Assembly: GCA_021737565.1 (NCBI GenBank) | Contig: JAIPDS010000004.1 | Location: 1,205-65,204, forward strand | DNA from: Desulfobacteraceae bacterium | Lineage (GTDB): Bacteria > Desulfobacterota > Desulfobacteria > Desulfobacterales > Desulfosalsimonadaceae | Length of the DNA: 64,000 nt | Direction of reading: 5' to 3' | Part shown: one piece after another, positions 18,893-28,884 of the stretch | Numbering within the stretch: the stretch's first letter is position 1 | Layout of the letters: the number at the start of each line of letters is the position of its first letter | Notes under the pieces: generated by a model | Told to the model about the DNA's origin: nothing | The model's database searches: none | What the model saw: the letters and a program-made list of their open reading frames with translations, nothing else | Translations under genes and position numbers: made by a program

Positions 18893-19285
18893 CTATATAA
18901 CATTCTTAATGCGCTTGACCGCTTCGGCCACCTTCAGCCTAAGGAACCCCAGGGATACGTTCTTGTTGAATATGGTGAGCAAAAGCAAATCATCGGCGAC
19001 CTTGCTGAAATGTATGCTTTCCTCCTCCCCCTTGTGAAACAGCAATGAAAATTCCTGCTCACCGATGATGTTGGCCATTGCGCTGACCGCGCCATAATTC
19101 CCGGCCGCCAGGGCAGCCAGGGAAAATACATCGTGATCCGTCTCCCCGCTGTCAAGATTTACGATCACATTGCCGGCCAGATCCATGAGGATTACACTCT
19201 GCACCCCCATATCAATCAACTCCTTTTGCAGAATCTCCTCTATGGATTCGATCTGTTCCTTTGTAAAATCAATTGTAAACTCCAT
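18893..19285 (-). CDS. mglB: MglB roadblock protein (MglA GAP)
   Basis: SLAALAAGN, EFSLLFHKG, SLGFLRL; ATG at 19285 with AAGGGGTGG RBS. Confidence 0.88.
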   Translation of the reverse strand: MEFTIDFTKEQIESIEEILQKELIDMGVQSVILMDLAGNVIVNLDSGETDHDVFSLAALAAGNYGAVSAMANIIGEQEFSLLFHKGEEESIHFSKVADDLLLLTIFNKNVSLGFLRLKVAEAVKRIKNVI

Positions 19286-19465
19286 TGATGACCACCCCTT
19301 AAAAAAATTTTTTAGACTCCCGTCCCCGCCCCTTTTATGCTGCACTCCCCCAACAGCGGCCTTCTGACATATTTTACATTAGTAGACCTTAGAATTTATA
19401 TCATATTTTAATTATTTATTTCAAGCTTTAAAAACATTGCGCATAACCATGCGCACATGTATGGA

Positions 19466-20848
19466 TTAAAGATCTTTAAAATAGCGTTCCACCAGGGTTT
19501 CTGCAAGACCGGTATATCCTGCCACCTCCAGATTTTTCAGCCTCTTTCCCATATCTTCTGAAATCGACTCCAGCCCCTCAACAAAACAGATCAATTCTTC
19601 TCTGGTGATCTTCCTACCCCGTGTCAGAGTCTTTAATTTCTCATACGGCTCGCTCTCCCCGCAGGCCCGCATGGCAGATTGCAAGGGCTCTGCCAGAAGC
19701 TCCGGATTGGTCTCCAGGTCTTTTTTGATAACCTGCTTGTCGGCCTCGATGCGATCCAGCCCCTTAAGCGTACTTTTAAGAGCGATCAGCATATATCCAA
19801 AAACAGTACCCAGATTGCGCAGAACCGTACTGTCGCTTAAATCGCGCTGATACCGGGATACCATGAGCTTTACGGCCATGTGCTCCATCATTGAAATTGC
19901 AAGCCCCGCATTGCCCTCGCTGTTTTCGAAATCAATGGGATTGACTTTATGCGGCATGGTCGAAGATCCCACCTCGCTCTCTTTGAGTTTCTGCTTGAAA
20001 TAGCCCAGGGAAATATAGCCCCACATATCCCGGTCCAAATCTGTTATCACCGCGGCTGTGCGCACCATGCAGTGCAGAATCGCTGAAAGGTAATTGTTGG
20101 GATTGACCTGGGTCGTATACAGCACCGGCGAAAGCCCCAGGCTGCTCCTTAAAAATCTTGCCGAAACTTCAATCCAGTCGGTTTCAGGGAAAACAAAATG
20201 ATGGGCGTTGTAATTGCCGCTTGCCCCGTTCATCTTGGCCTGAACGGGAAGATTTTCAAGAGTGTTTATTTCGTGGCGCAGCCGCCAGGCAAAATTGATA
20301 AACTCTTTTCCCACAGTGGTGGGGGTTGCCGGCTGTCCATGGGTTCTTGCCATCATGGCAACGTCTTTGTATTTCCAGCCGAGACTTTCTATTTTTTCCT
20401 TGACCCGCCCGAGATTTTCAAGCAGCAGGTCACGGCCGCTTTTTACCATAAGTGCGTAAGCGGTGTTGTTAATATCATCGGAGGTGCACGCAAAATGAAC
20501 CCACTCCCTGATTTGCTCCAGGCCGGCATCTATAAGTTTCTCCTTGATGTAATATTCCGCGGCTTTTACATCGTGGTTGGTCTGCTTTTCTATTGATTTG
20601 ACGCTCAATGCACCCTTTAAATCAAATCCTTTGAGAATACCGTCTATCCGGTCGGCTTGCTCTTTATCAATACTGATGCGCACAACCTCGCGCAAAAGAA
20701 ATTTAAGCCATTCCAGTTCCACAAAAATCCTGTGGCGGATCAATCCGTACTCGGAAAAGATCTTTTCAAGTCCCGAGGTATGGCGCTGGTATCTTCCGTC
20801 CAACACGGATATGGATTTTATTGCAGTCTCCTGAGTCTCATGATCCAT
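19466..20848 (-). CDS. purB: Adenylosuccinate lyase
   Basis: TNHDVKA, RTHGQPA, GSSTMPHKVNPIDFENSEGN. Confidence 0.96.
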   Translation of the reverse strand: MDHETQETAIKSISVLDGRYQRHTSGLEKIFSEYGLIRHRIFVELEWLKFLLREVVRISIDKEQADRIDGILKGFDLKGALSVKSIEKQTNHDVKAAEYYIKEKLIDAGLEQIREWVHFACTSDDINNTAYALMVKSGRDLLLENLGRVKEKIESLGWKYKDVAMMARTHGQPATPTTVGKEFINFAWRLRHEINTLENLPVQAKMNGASGNYNAHHFVFPETDWIEVSARFLRSSLGLSPVLYTTQVNPNNYLSAILHCMVRTAAVITDLDRDMWGYISLGYFKQKLKESEVGSSTMPHKVNPIDFENSEGNAGLAISMMEHMAVKLMVSRYQRDLSDSTVLRNLGTVFGYMLIALKSTLKGLDRIEADKQVIKKDLETNPELLAEPLQSAMRACGESEPYEKLKTLTRGRKITREELICFVEGLESISEDMGKRLKNLEVAGYTGLAETLVERYFKDL

Positions 20849-20861
20849 AATTATGCCCTTT

Positions 20862-22880
20862 TCAGTTTCCGGTAGTCCGATCACTCCCCGCGGTTTCAAA
20901 AAACGCGGTGGGCCTGATCTCCTGGATGTAGCGCTTTACACCGCTTACAATCCCTCTGCATATCTCCCGCTGATATTGCGTATCGCAAAGACGCCTGCAT
21001 TCTGTTCTGTTGCTTATAAAACCCGTCTCAATGAGAATGGAGGGCATCTGCGCGCCAAGTAGCACATAAAAAGGAGCCTGCCTGACTCCCTTGTTGTTAA
21101 CGGTGCCGTACCGCCTTTTAAGGCTGGAATACATTGATTTCTGAACATAGGTTGCAAGCCTGCTCGACTCGTTTACTTTGGCGTTTCGCATCAGATCGTC
21201 CAAAATCGTCTGAAGCTCGCTTATGTTTTTTTCGGAAGTCGCATTTTCCCTGGCGGCCACGGCTATGGACTCTTTATCTGTTGTCAGGTTTAAAAAGTAG
21301 GTTTCAAGCCCTCTGGCGTTCTGATTGGTGGATGCATTGGCATGAAGGGAAATAAAAAGATCCGCCTTCTTGGTGTTTGCAATCGCGGTACGCTCTTCAA
21401 GGGTCAGATAGGTATCATCGCTTCTGGTCAGAAGCACTTCACAATTTAATTCCTGGCGAAGCTGTTCGGCAAGTTTTTTCGCCATGTCCAGCACGACATG
21501 CTTTTCATGTACTCCCCTGACAGCGCCCGGAGCACCGTAATCCTTACCGCCGTGGCCGGGGTCGATCACGATCCTGCGCACCCCGAGAGCCAGCTGCTGG
21601 GCAATGGATACGCCCTTTTCATCTTCTGGGGCTCCCGGGGATTCTTTTTCCTCCTTTTGCGCAACAACGGTTTCCTCCCCCCTTACATCAATTACTATGC
21701 GGAAAGGATTTTTAAGGGAAAAGATATTGTAATTTTCAAAAGACTTTATATCCACTACCACCCGCACGGTATCACGGTCATGCTGGGCTGCCCGCACGTC
21801 CTTTAAAAGACTGTCGTCTATGGGTATCTTTCTTTCAATGTCATTGCCGAGTCTGCTGTTTTCAAGATCCACGTACAGCCGCTCGTGCATCTTGTTAATC
21901 GAGGGATCCTTGTTTAAAAGGTTATTTGTAAAATCGGTTTCCTGGTTGGCATCAATTACGACTCTTGTATAGTCCGGATTGGACCAGTAGCGGATTCCGG
22001 TAACAGTGACAGGTTCCCCCTCTTTGTGCGCCGGGGTATCGGCCGCGGTATCAGTGGTTACTTCCCCGGAGGTTGTCTCCTCGGTCATCGCCTTTCTGAT
22101 CCGCCCGTCGCCCTCGATTTCTTCAATCTTTTGCATGGCCCGCCTGCTGTATGCGCTGGAAGGATACTCCTCAACGATCTTGCGCAGAATCGAGTTCGCC
22201 TTTTGCCTGTCTTCCGGCCTGTAGGAATGAGCATAGAGCCCGTGATAAAGCTCTGCCGTCATGAAAAGCCCTGCCGCGGCCCACGGGCCCTGGGGGTCTG
22301 TTTCATAAACCTTTTCAAACTCGCGTATACAGTCAAGCCAATACCTTCTGTATTTCTGGCGTTCCGGGCTGTTCTTTAACTTCTGATAGCACGACTCGGC
22401 GGAAAAATATTTTTCCCCGGCCTCATCGGCATCAGCCTTTCCGTCATCCCCTATCCGGTCCAGGGCGGCTCTTGCTCTTCTGTTGTATGCGCTTGAAGGG
22501 TAATTTTTTACAACCTGCCGGAATATGGACCTGGCTTTTTTAAGATCAGAAGGTGCATAGGAATGTTCATACATTTCCCGGTAAAGTTTGCCCGCCATAA
22601 ACAGTCCTGCCGGAGCCCAGGGGCCGTCAGTATCCTGATCATGTACGGTTTCAAACTTGCGAATACAGTCCAGCCAATAGCTCCGGTATTTCTGTCTTTC
22701 AGGGTTGTCCTTTAACTCCTGATAGCACGACTCGGCGGAGAAATACAGCTGGTTGGGCGTAGTGCCTATGGAGGCACAGGACCAGAACACCATTAGAAAA
22801 CAGACCAGTAAAGCAGGAACAACACCTCGGGATATCATTTGCTTAACCGTTTTTCCCCCGGTTGTAAGTTTTAGCCTCAA
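20862..22880 (-). CDS. N-acetylmuramoyl-L-alanine amidase (duplicated TPR-like module, AMIN, Amidase_3), probable lipoprotein
   Basis: IDPGHGG, FISLHANA, ARENA, ILIETGF; possible lipobox FWSC. Confidence 0.92.
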   Translation of the reverse strand: MRLKLTTGGKTVKQMISRGVVPALLVCFLMVFWSCASIGTTPNQLYFSAESCYQELKDNPERQKYRSYWLDCIRKFETVHDQDTDGPWAPAGLFMAGKLYREMYEHSYAPSDLKKARSIFRQVVKNYPSSAYNRRARAALDRIGDDGKADADEAGEKYFSAESCYQKLKNSPERQKYRRYWLDCIREFEKVYETDPQGPWAAAGLFMTAELYHGLYAHSYRPEDRQKANSILRKIVEEYPSSAYSRRAMQKIEEIEGDGRIRKAMTEETTSGEVTTDTAADTPAHKEGEPVTVTGIRYWSNPDYTRVVIDANQETDFTNNLLNKDPSINKMHERLYVDLENSRLGNDIERKIPIDDSLLKDVRAAQHDRDTVRVVVDIKSFENYNIFSLKNPFRIVIDVRGEETVVAQKEEKESPGAPEDEKGVSIAQQLALGVRRIVIDPGHGGKDYGAPGAVRGVHEKHVVLDMAKKLAEQLRQELNCEVLLTRSDDTYLTLEERTAIANTKKADLFISLHANASTNQNARGLETYFLNLTTDKESIAVAARENATSEKNISELQTILDDLMRNAKVNESSRLATYVQKSMYSSLKRRYGTVNNKGVRQAPFYVLLGAQMPSILIETGFISNRTECRRLCDTQYQREICRGIVSGVKRYIQEIRPTAFFETAGSDRTTGN

Positions 22881-25543
22881 TCCGCCGCTTTGCCGTCTTC
22901 CGGCCCCTTTCTGTTTAAGATTTTCTCCTGGAGCATGTTTAAATAATTAAGCGCCTCCAGCGGGGTCATCCTGGATATATCCGCCTGTCTTATTTTCTCT
23001 ACTACCGCATCCTCGGGCCCGCTGAAAAGGGGAAGCTGGACATATTTCTTACTGGCCCGGATGCGTCCGGCGGGACCGGCTGCGTCCCTGCCCAGTACAT
23101 GACCCTGTTTTTCCACATTCTCCAACACTTTTTTTGCTCTTTCAACAACTTCTTCGGGCATCCCGGCCAGACGGGCAACCTGGATGCCGTAACTGCGGTT
23201 GGTACCTCCTGCCACAAGCTGGTGCAGAAAAATAATCTCGTCTTTTATTTCTCTTACTGCAATGCTGTAGTTTTTGACCCGCTCCTTTAGGCGGGGAAGT
23301 TCGGTTAATTCGTGATAATGAGTCGCAAACATGGATTTGACCCCTGCACCGTGCAGGTCATGAAGATGCTCGGCCACCGCCCAGGCAATGCTCAGCCCGT
23401 CAAACGTGCTTGTCCCCCGGCCGATCTCGTCCATTATCACCAGGCTGTCCGGGGTCGCGTTATTCATTATGTTCGCCGTCTCCTCCATTTCAACCATGAA
23501 CGTACTCTGGCCCTGGGAAAGGTTGTCTAACGCCCCCACGCGGGTAAAAATCCGGTCTGTTACGGCGATATCAGCCCGGGCCGCAGGCACGAAGGACCCC
23601 ATCTGGGCCATGATCACGATCAGGGCAACCTGGCGCAATACCGTGGATTTTCCGGCCATGTTTGGGCCGGTGATAATAAGAAGCTGATTTTCTCGATTAT
23701 CCAGGCTGACCGTATTTGGCACAAAACGCTCGCCGCTTATCAATTTCTCCACAACAGGATGCCGGCCGTCTTCAATAGTGATATGGCCGTCGGTATTTAT
23801 CTGCGGACGGACGTAGTTGTTATGAACAGCAGCTTCAGCCAGGGCGCACACCACGTCTGTACGGGCGACAAAGTCCGCGGCAGACTGGATGGCTTTGTGG
23901 CACCTTGTGACCTCGTTTTTTACTCTGCAAAAAATTTCGTATTCCAATATCGAGCGCTGCTCCTGGGCCCCGAGCACCCTGTTTTCAAATGATTTCAGCT
24001 CATCGGTAATATAACGCTCGGCGTTTACCAGGGTCTGCTTGCGCACATAATGATCCGGCACAGAATCCGCGTAACTTTTCGATACCTCTATGTAATAGCC
24101 GAAAACCTTGTTATAGCGGACCTTCAGGCTCTGAATCCCGGTGGACTGCTTCTCTTTTGCCTCAAGTTCGGCAAGCCAGCTCCTGCCGTCTCTTGCAATA
24201 CTTATCAGTTCGTCAAGGTTCTCGTCAAAACCCGACCTTATCATCCCCCCTTCATTTACGGTTGGCGGCGGGTCATCAACCACGGCCTTTGCTATTTTTT
24301 CGGCAAGTCCGGCGAGCTCCGGGAAAACCGATTCCTCTGACTCGAAAATTCCTGCGTCAAAGGCCTTTAATTGCGCCCGGATTTCAGGCAGCGCTTCAAT
24401 GGAGCCGCGAAGTGCGACCAGGTCCCGGGCATTGCCCTGGCCCATTGCAAGTTTGGCGCCCAGGCGCTCAAGGTCTGCAACTGATTTCAATCCGGATCTT
24501 ATGCGTTTTCGCCCGGAAGAAAATTCCACTGCCTGGCCCACGGCTTCAAGCCGGTCGGCTACCGCCTCCGGGGCAAGCAACGGGTATCTGATCCAGTGTT
24601 TTATCAGCCTGCCCCCCATTGCGGTTACCGTGTAATCGAGCACCGAAAGCAAAGTCGCCTGCCGGGTGCCGCTTCGCAAATTGGCAAGCAGTTCAAGGTT
24701 CCTGCAGCTTACATCGTCTATTCTTAGATACCGGTCGGGGAAATAGGTTTCCAGCCCTGAAAGATGGACGATTTCCTGCTTCTGGGTCTCCCGGACGTAA
24801 TAAAGCAAAGCCCCGGCCGCACCGACTCCTGCTTTTAATCCCTCGCAGCCGAACCCTTCCAGGCTGCGGGTTTTGAATTGCTCAAGCAGCCGCCTGCGGG
24901 CCTCTTTATATGAAAACGCCTCATCCTCAAGATAGCTTACGGCGGATTCACCAAAAGATTCCAGAAATCGTTCATAAGCGGAGTCGGTTTGAGCAGATGC
25001 CGGCAGCAGGATCTCGCTGGGAGAAATCCGCCCGGCCTCTTCTATCAGCGTATCGATTTGCCCGCTTTGACAGAGGCGGAACAAGCCCGTGGAAAGATCC
25101 AGACATGACAGGCCGCAGCCGTCGGCCGAAATTGCCAAAGACATGATAAAATTGTTGGTGCGCGAGTCAAGCAGATCGCTGTTTACCACCATGCCCGGGG
25201 TGACGATCCGCACCACGTCCCTTTTCACCAGCCCCCTGGCCTCGGCCGGGTCTTCTGTCTGCTCGCATATGGCCACCTTGTAGCCCTTGTCTATCAGGCG
25301 GCCCAGGTAAATTTCAACGGACTTGACCGGAACGCCGCACATGGGCACGGGGGTTTTTTCATGCTTGTTGCGTGAAGTGAGCGTGATTTCAAGCTCGCGG
25401 GATGCTGTCTGCGCATCCGAGAAAAACATTTCGTAAAAATCCCCCATCCGGTAGAAAAGGAGATAATCGGCATACTGCTCCTTTATCTCCAGGTACTGCC
25501 GGATCATCGGTGTGAGCTGGGAATTTTTTTCTGCCTCACCCAT
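22877..25543 (-). CDS. mutS: DNA mismatch repair protein MutS
   Basis: TPMIRQY, GDFYE, TGPNMAGKST, STFMVEM, DEIGRGT, FATHYHE. Confidence 0.97.
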   Translation of the reverse strand: MGEAEKNSQLTPMIRQYLEIKEQYADYLLFYRMGDFYEMFFSDAQTASRELEITLTSRNKHEKTPVPMCGVPVKSVEIYLGRLIDKGYKVAICEQTEDPAEARGLVKRDVVRIVTPGMVVNSDLLDSRTNNFIMSLAISADGCGLSCLDLSTGLFRLCQSGQIDTLIEEAGRISPSEILLPASAQTDSAYERFLESFGESAVSYLEDEAFSYKEARRRLLEQFKTRSLEGFGCEGLKAGVGAAGALLYYVRETQKQEIVHLSGLETYFPDRYLRIDDVSCRNLELLANLRSGTRQATLLSVLDYTVTAMGGRLIKHWIRYPLLAPEAVADRLEAVGQAVEFSSGRKRIRSGLKSVADLERLGAKLAMGQGNARDLVALRGSIEALPEIRAQLKAFDAGIFESEESVFPELAGLAEKIAKAVVDDPPPTVNEGGMIRSGFDENLDELISIARDGRSWLAELEAKEKQSTGIQSLKVRYNKVFGYYIEVSKSYADSVPDHYVRKQTLVNAERYITDELKSFENRVLGAQEQRSILEYEIFCRVKNEVTRCHKAIQSAADFVARTDVVCALAEAAVHNNYVRPQINTDGHITIEDGRHPVVEKLISGERFVPNTVSLDNRENQLLIITGPNMAGKSTVLRQVALIVIMAQMGSFVPAARADIAVTDRIFTRVGALDNLSQGQSTFMVEMEETANIMNNATPDSLVIMDEIGRGTSTFDGLSIAWAVAEHLHDLHGAGVKSMFATHYHELTELPRLKERVKNYSIAVREIKDEIIFLHQLVAGGTNRSYGIQVARLAGMPEEVVERAKKVLENVEKQGHVLGRDAAGPAGRIRASKKYVQLPLFSGPEDAVVEKIRQADISRMTPLEALNYLNMLQEKILNRKGPEDGKAAD

Positions 25544-25554
25544 AACGGGAAAAC

Positions 25555-25989
25555 TTATTCGCCGGATTTTTCATGTCCGGATGCGGCGGGCTCCTTACTT
25601 GCCTCCGCATCCTGCGGCTCCTGCAAATCCTGCCTTTCTCCCGGCTCCTTAGGCCCGGCCCGATCCTGGTTTGTTCCGGCAACGACGGCACTCTCGGTTT
25701 CCAGCCGGGAAATTTTCTTTTCACTGTCTGCAATTTTTTCGTTTAACTGCCTTATGGTTTTCCTGGCCCTGAATTTGCCGGGCAGGGCCGAAATATAGGA
25801 TGTCAGAAGCCCTAATAAAAACACCGCCAGGTAATAGACCCCTGCGGGAAGCTCCGGGGTGTTATATTCGTCAAAACCAAGATTAATTCCAAGACTTTTG
25901 CTCTCGAAAAAAAAATCCCTGTTCTGGTAAACCGCCAGGGCCACCAGGCCGATTACCACCAGCCAGAGCGCGTACTTTAACTTTTTCAT
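25555..25989 (-). CDS. LapA-like membrane protein
   Basis: Two TM helices with 'YQN', basic stretch and coiled-coil tail; RBS before ATG at 25989. Confidence 0.7.
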   Translation of the reverse strand: MKKLKYALWLVVIGLVALAVYQNRDFFFESKSLGINLGFDEYNTPELPAGVYYLAVFLLGLLTSYISALPGKFRARKTIRQLNEKIADSEKKISRLETESAVVAGTNQDRAGPKEPGERQDLQEPQDAEASKEPAASGHEKSGE

Positions 25990-26134
25990 GCCCGCTTCCT
26001 CCAAAAAAGACTAAGGTTTGAAACATTGCCGGGGCAAAACCGATCAAACCGCATTTTATCAAATTCCCATATTGAATTTTTTGACCGAAAAACTCAACCG
26101 TTTTTTAAAGAGCCGCGCCTGCCGCACAATCATC

Positions 26135-27304
26135 TCAGAACGAATTTATCTTCGGTCGCATTCCGGGCGGAGTCTGACTTAAAAAATACTGATCCGTCAT
26201 TCCGGCTATAAAATCGCGCACTATCTCCGCCCCGCTGTGCTGATTTACATAATCTTCGGCCATGCCCGCAATAAAATTTCCGTGCACTGGAGACTCTTTG
26301 TTGCCGGTGCGGACATCGTAAAGAAACCGCTCAAACAGGTATTCGAACATTTCCCGGATCAAGCCGATATCGCGCTTGATCAAAGGATTTGAGTATATAC
26401 GTTCGTAGTTAAACTCCTTGAGCTCCCGCAGCGCCCCGGAGATATCAGAGCTGAAGGCAACATAATCTTTTCCGTAACTGCTCGTTATAACGTCCGTGAC
26501 AAGATTGTAGACGATGGTGCCGTTGGTATCACCGAGATGCTTTACGCAGTCTGCGGGAAGATCCGAACGCCTGATCAGACCCAGGCGAATGGCGTCTTCT
26601 ATGTCTCTTCCTATATAGCTTATAGTATCTGAAAACCGCATCACGCAGCCTTCAAGAGTCATGGGCACAAGCCTGACAGGCCGGCCCGTTCGCCTGTCAT
26701 AAAGCTCGCGGTCATGGCCTTTAAAGGACTTTGCCCTGGCCGGGGCAAGATGCCGGTCATGAACCTCGCCGTCATGGCATAGAATGCCATCAAGTGTCTG
26801 CAGGCACAGGTTCCAGCCCCGTCCCTTGCGCTCCACTTTTTCCAGAAACTGAACGCTTTGAACATTGTGATGATATTCCCCGATGCCGTGCTTTTTGCAA
26901 AGTTCGGAGAGAAACCGCTCCCCGTCGTGGCCGAAGGGTGCATGGCCTATGTCATGGCCTATTGCTACGGCCTCGATTAAATCCTCGTTTAATCCCAGAA
27001 AACGGCCGATCGTCCTTGCTACTTTGGAGGCAAGCTGAACATGAAGCATGCGATGGGTGATGTGATCGTTTCTGATAAGGTAAAAAACCTGGGTCTTGTC
27101 AATATACCTGCTGTAGGCCAGGGAATGCAGTATCCGGTCCACGTCCACGCCGTACTGCTGCCGGTAATCGGTTTCCAGCCTTTTTTCCCGTCTCCGGCGC
27201 AGACCCCCGGCGCTTCTGGCCGCCTCCGGCGAAAGTATATCCGCCTCCCGGTCATCGAGCAGTGTGCGCAGGCTCTCAAGGGGCGGCAGTTTATATTTCG
27301 CCAT
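26135..27304 (-). CDS. Deoxyguanosinetriphosphate triphosphohydrolase-like HD protein
   Basis: KTQVF, HDIGHAPFGHDGE, D.ISY...DIED, DFIAGMTD. Confidence 0.9.
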   Translation of the reverse strand: MAKYKLPPLESLRTLLDDREADILSPEAARSAGGLRRRREKRLETDYRQQYGVDVDRILHSLAYSRYIDKTQVFYLIRNDHITHRMLHVQLASKVARTIGRFLGLNEDLIEAVAIGHDIGHAPFGHDGERFLSELCKKHGIGEYHHNVQSVQFLEKVERKGRGWNLCLQTLDGILCHDGEVHDRHLAPARAKSFKGHDRELYDRRTGRPVRLVPMTLEGCVMRFSDTISYIGRDIEDAIRLGLIRRSDLPADCVKHLGDTNGTIVYNLVTDVITSSYGKDYVAFSSDISGALRELKEFNYERIYSNPLIKRDIGLIREMFEYLFERFLYDVRTGNKESPVHGNFIAGMAEDYVNQHSGAEIVRDFIAGMTDQYFLSQTPPGMRPKINSF

Positions 27305-28076
27305 TTCTGATTTTTCCCTCCATCATCCTGTAATAGTCAATTCCGGCTTGTACAAAACCGGCCTTTCCGTATTTCATGTTGGCCTCGAGCACATAGAACT
27401 TTTCATCACAGATGCATATGTCAATTCCCACGTCATTCCACCCGCACTTTCGCGCTGTATCAAGAGCCAGCGTGCGCGCATGCCCGGGCACCGCATCCGT
27501 GCTGATTCTTGCCCCGCATCCCAGGTTGGTCCGGAATTCCCCCTCAACGGCGATTCTCCAGTATGCGTGGGCCACTTCGCCGCCGATAACCACCACGCGA
27601 ATATCCCGGTCAATAGGGAGATACTCCTGGATATAGGCGGTCTTTGTCAAGTAACAGTATTCGCCCAGGTCATCTTTTGACCTGATAAGAAAAATCCCCC
27701 TGCCGAGGGCAGAGCCGCGGGGTATCTTGGCAATAAACGGAAAGGCAAAACGCGACAGTATCTTTTCCTGAAGGCGCCGGCCGTAAAAAACCCTGGTTCT
27801 GGGACGCGGCACGTCTAGTATCTCAAAAAGAGCGGACTGCTTGATCTTGTCCTGGACGAATCTGTAGGTGTGAATGCTCGGGAAAATCGGTTTTCCCATG
27901 GCTGCAAACATGTCGGCATAAAACGTGGAAGGGTAGAATATCTTTTGGGCCTCCCGGATCATGGCTGCCTCTTGTGGCGGGTAATCCGCAAAATTGGGGC
28001 GTACTCCCAAACAGATAACATTGGAGCAGCAACGAAGATGCAGTTCCAGGCATATGGCCAGTTGTTTACAAGACAT
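27291..28076 (-). CDS. RimK-like ATP-grasp ligase
   Basis: GSALGRGI, YIQEY, DIRVVVIG, FRTN, EAN; start uncertain (ORF track 28163). Confidence 0.82.
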   Translation of the reverse strand: MSCKQLAICLELHLRCCSNVICLGVRPNFADYPPQEAAMIREAQKIFYPSTFYADMFAAMGKPIFPSIHTYRFVQDKIKQSALFEILDVPRPRTRVFYGRRLQEKILSRFAFPFIAKIPRGSALGRGIFLIRSKDDLGEYCYLTKTAYIQEYLPIDRDIRVVVIGGEVAHAYWRIAVEGEFRTNLGCGARISTDAVPGHARTLALDTARKCGWNDVGIDICICDEKFYVLEANMKYGKAGFVQAGIDYYRMMEGKIRNGEI

Positions 28077-28098
28077 GGCGGTTTTCAAAAAACCCTGC

Positions 28099-28884
28099 CT
28101 ATTGCCGGCCGCAGCCGGCTGCTTCGGGCAGATCCGGGGAAAAGGCCTTCTTTTTCGGCTCAATATCGGTCCAGCAGCGATCCACTGAAATTTTTATCCT
28201 TTTGCCGCTCTCATCTGAAATATCAATATCAAAGGGCACCATTCGGGACCCTGCCAGGTCCGGCCGCCTGATTTCAGCCCGATACAGAAGCCCCCTCCAT
28301 CCAAAAACCCTGGTTTCGCGGATGCACTCAAGATCCTCTGAAAACCGGATTGTCTGCACCGTACCCGAAAAACGTTTCTTCAGGACCAGAACTTTTCCGC
28401 CTTCAGCCGTATCATAGGCCCCGGCGGAATCATAATTCGCAAGGGGCGCACCACCGCCCATTATCCGGACCATGTCCCGGGCCTTCAACTTGATGCCCGA
28501 AAGCGGCGCCAGGCTTGTATCCCCGGCACCCTGCCTTCGCAGGCAATCGCCGTCCCTGAAAATAAAGAAGCATTCCTTTCTCGTACATATCATCCTGGCA
28601 AAGGGCTGGCCGGTCACTGCCAGGGCCTCGACCCTGAACCTGCCGTCGGGTGCTGCAATCCAGGCTGCCCGGCTGTCCAGAAAGCCGCGTTCCCCGTGAA
28701 CGGCGATCCGGCCGATCCCCTTATATGGAGTGATTAAATCGTTTTTTTCCTCCACGATCTTCACAAGCCTGGCTGCCTCGGCCTTGCCAAGCTCTGATAC
28801 CGCACCCGGGGGCCGCCTGGGTGCACCTGCACATGCGGTTAATATAACCAGCAATACAATAAAAAACCACCGCAAGGATCTCAA
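28099..28884 (-). CDS. LolB-like outer-membrane lipoprotein
   Basis: Lipobox LTAC, beta-rich body, directly after the TPR lipoprotein. Confidence 0.6.
   Translation of the reverse strand: MRSLRWFFIVLLVILTACAGAPRRPPGAVSELGKAEAARLVKIVEEKNDLITPYKGIGRIAVHGERGFLDSRAAWIAAPDGRFRVEALAVTGQPFARMICTRKECFFIFRDGDCLRRQGAGDTSLAPLSGIKLKARDMVRIMGGGAPLANYDSAGAYDTAEGGKVLVLKKRFSGTVQTIRFSEDLECIRETRVFGWRGLLYRAEIRRPDLAGSRMVPFDIDISDESGKRIKISVDRCWTDIEPKKKAFSPDLPEAAGCGRQ

Noticed and set aside
26135-27304. dGTPase as an anti-phage defence gene
   Set aside because: It is embedded in a housekeeping run (rpoH to purB) with core-like composition and no defence neighbours
27291-28076. ATP-grasp ligase as a RiPP (graspetide) maturase
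   Set aside because: No precursor peptide, protease or exporter nearby; housekeeping context
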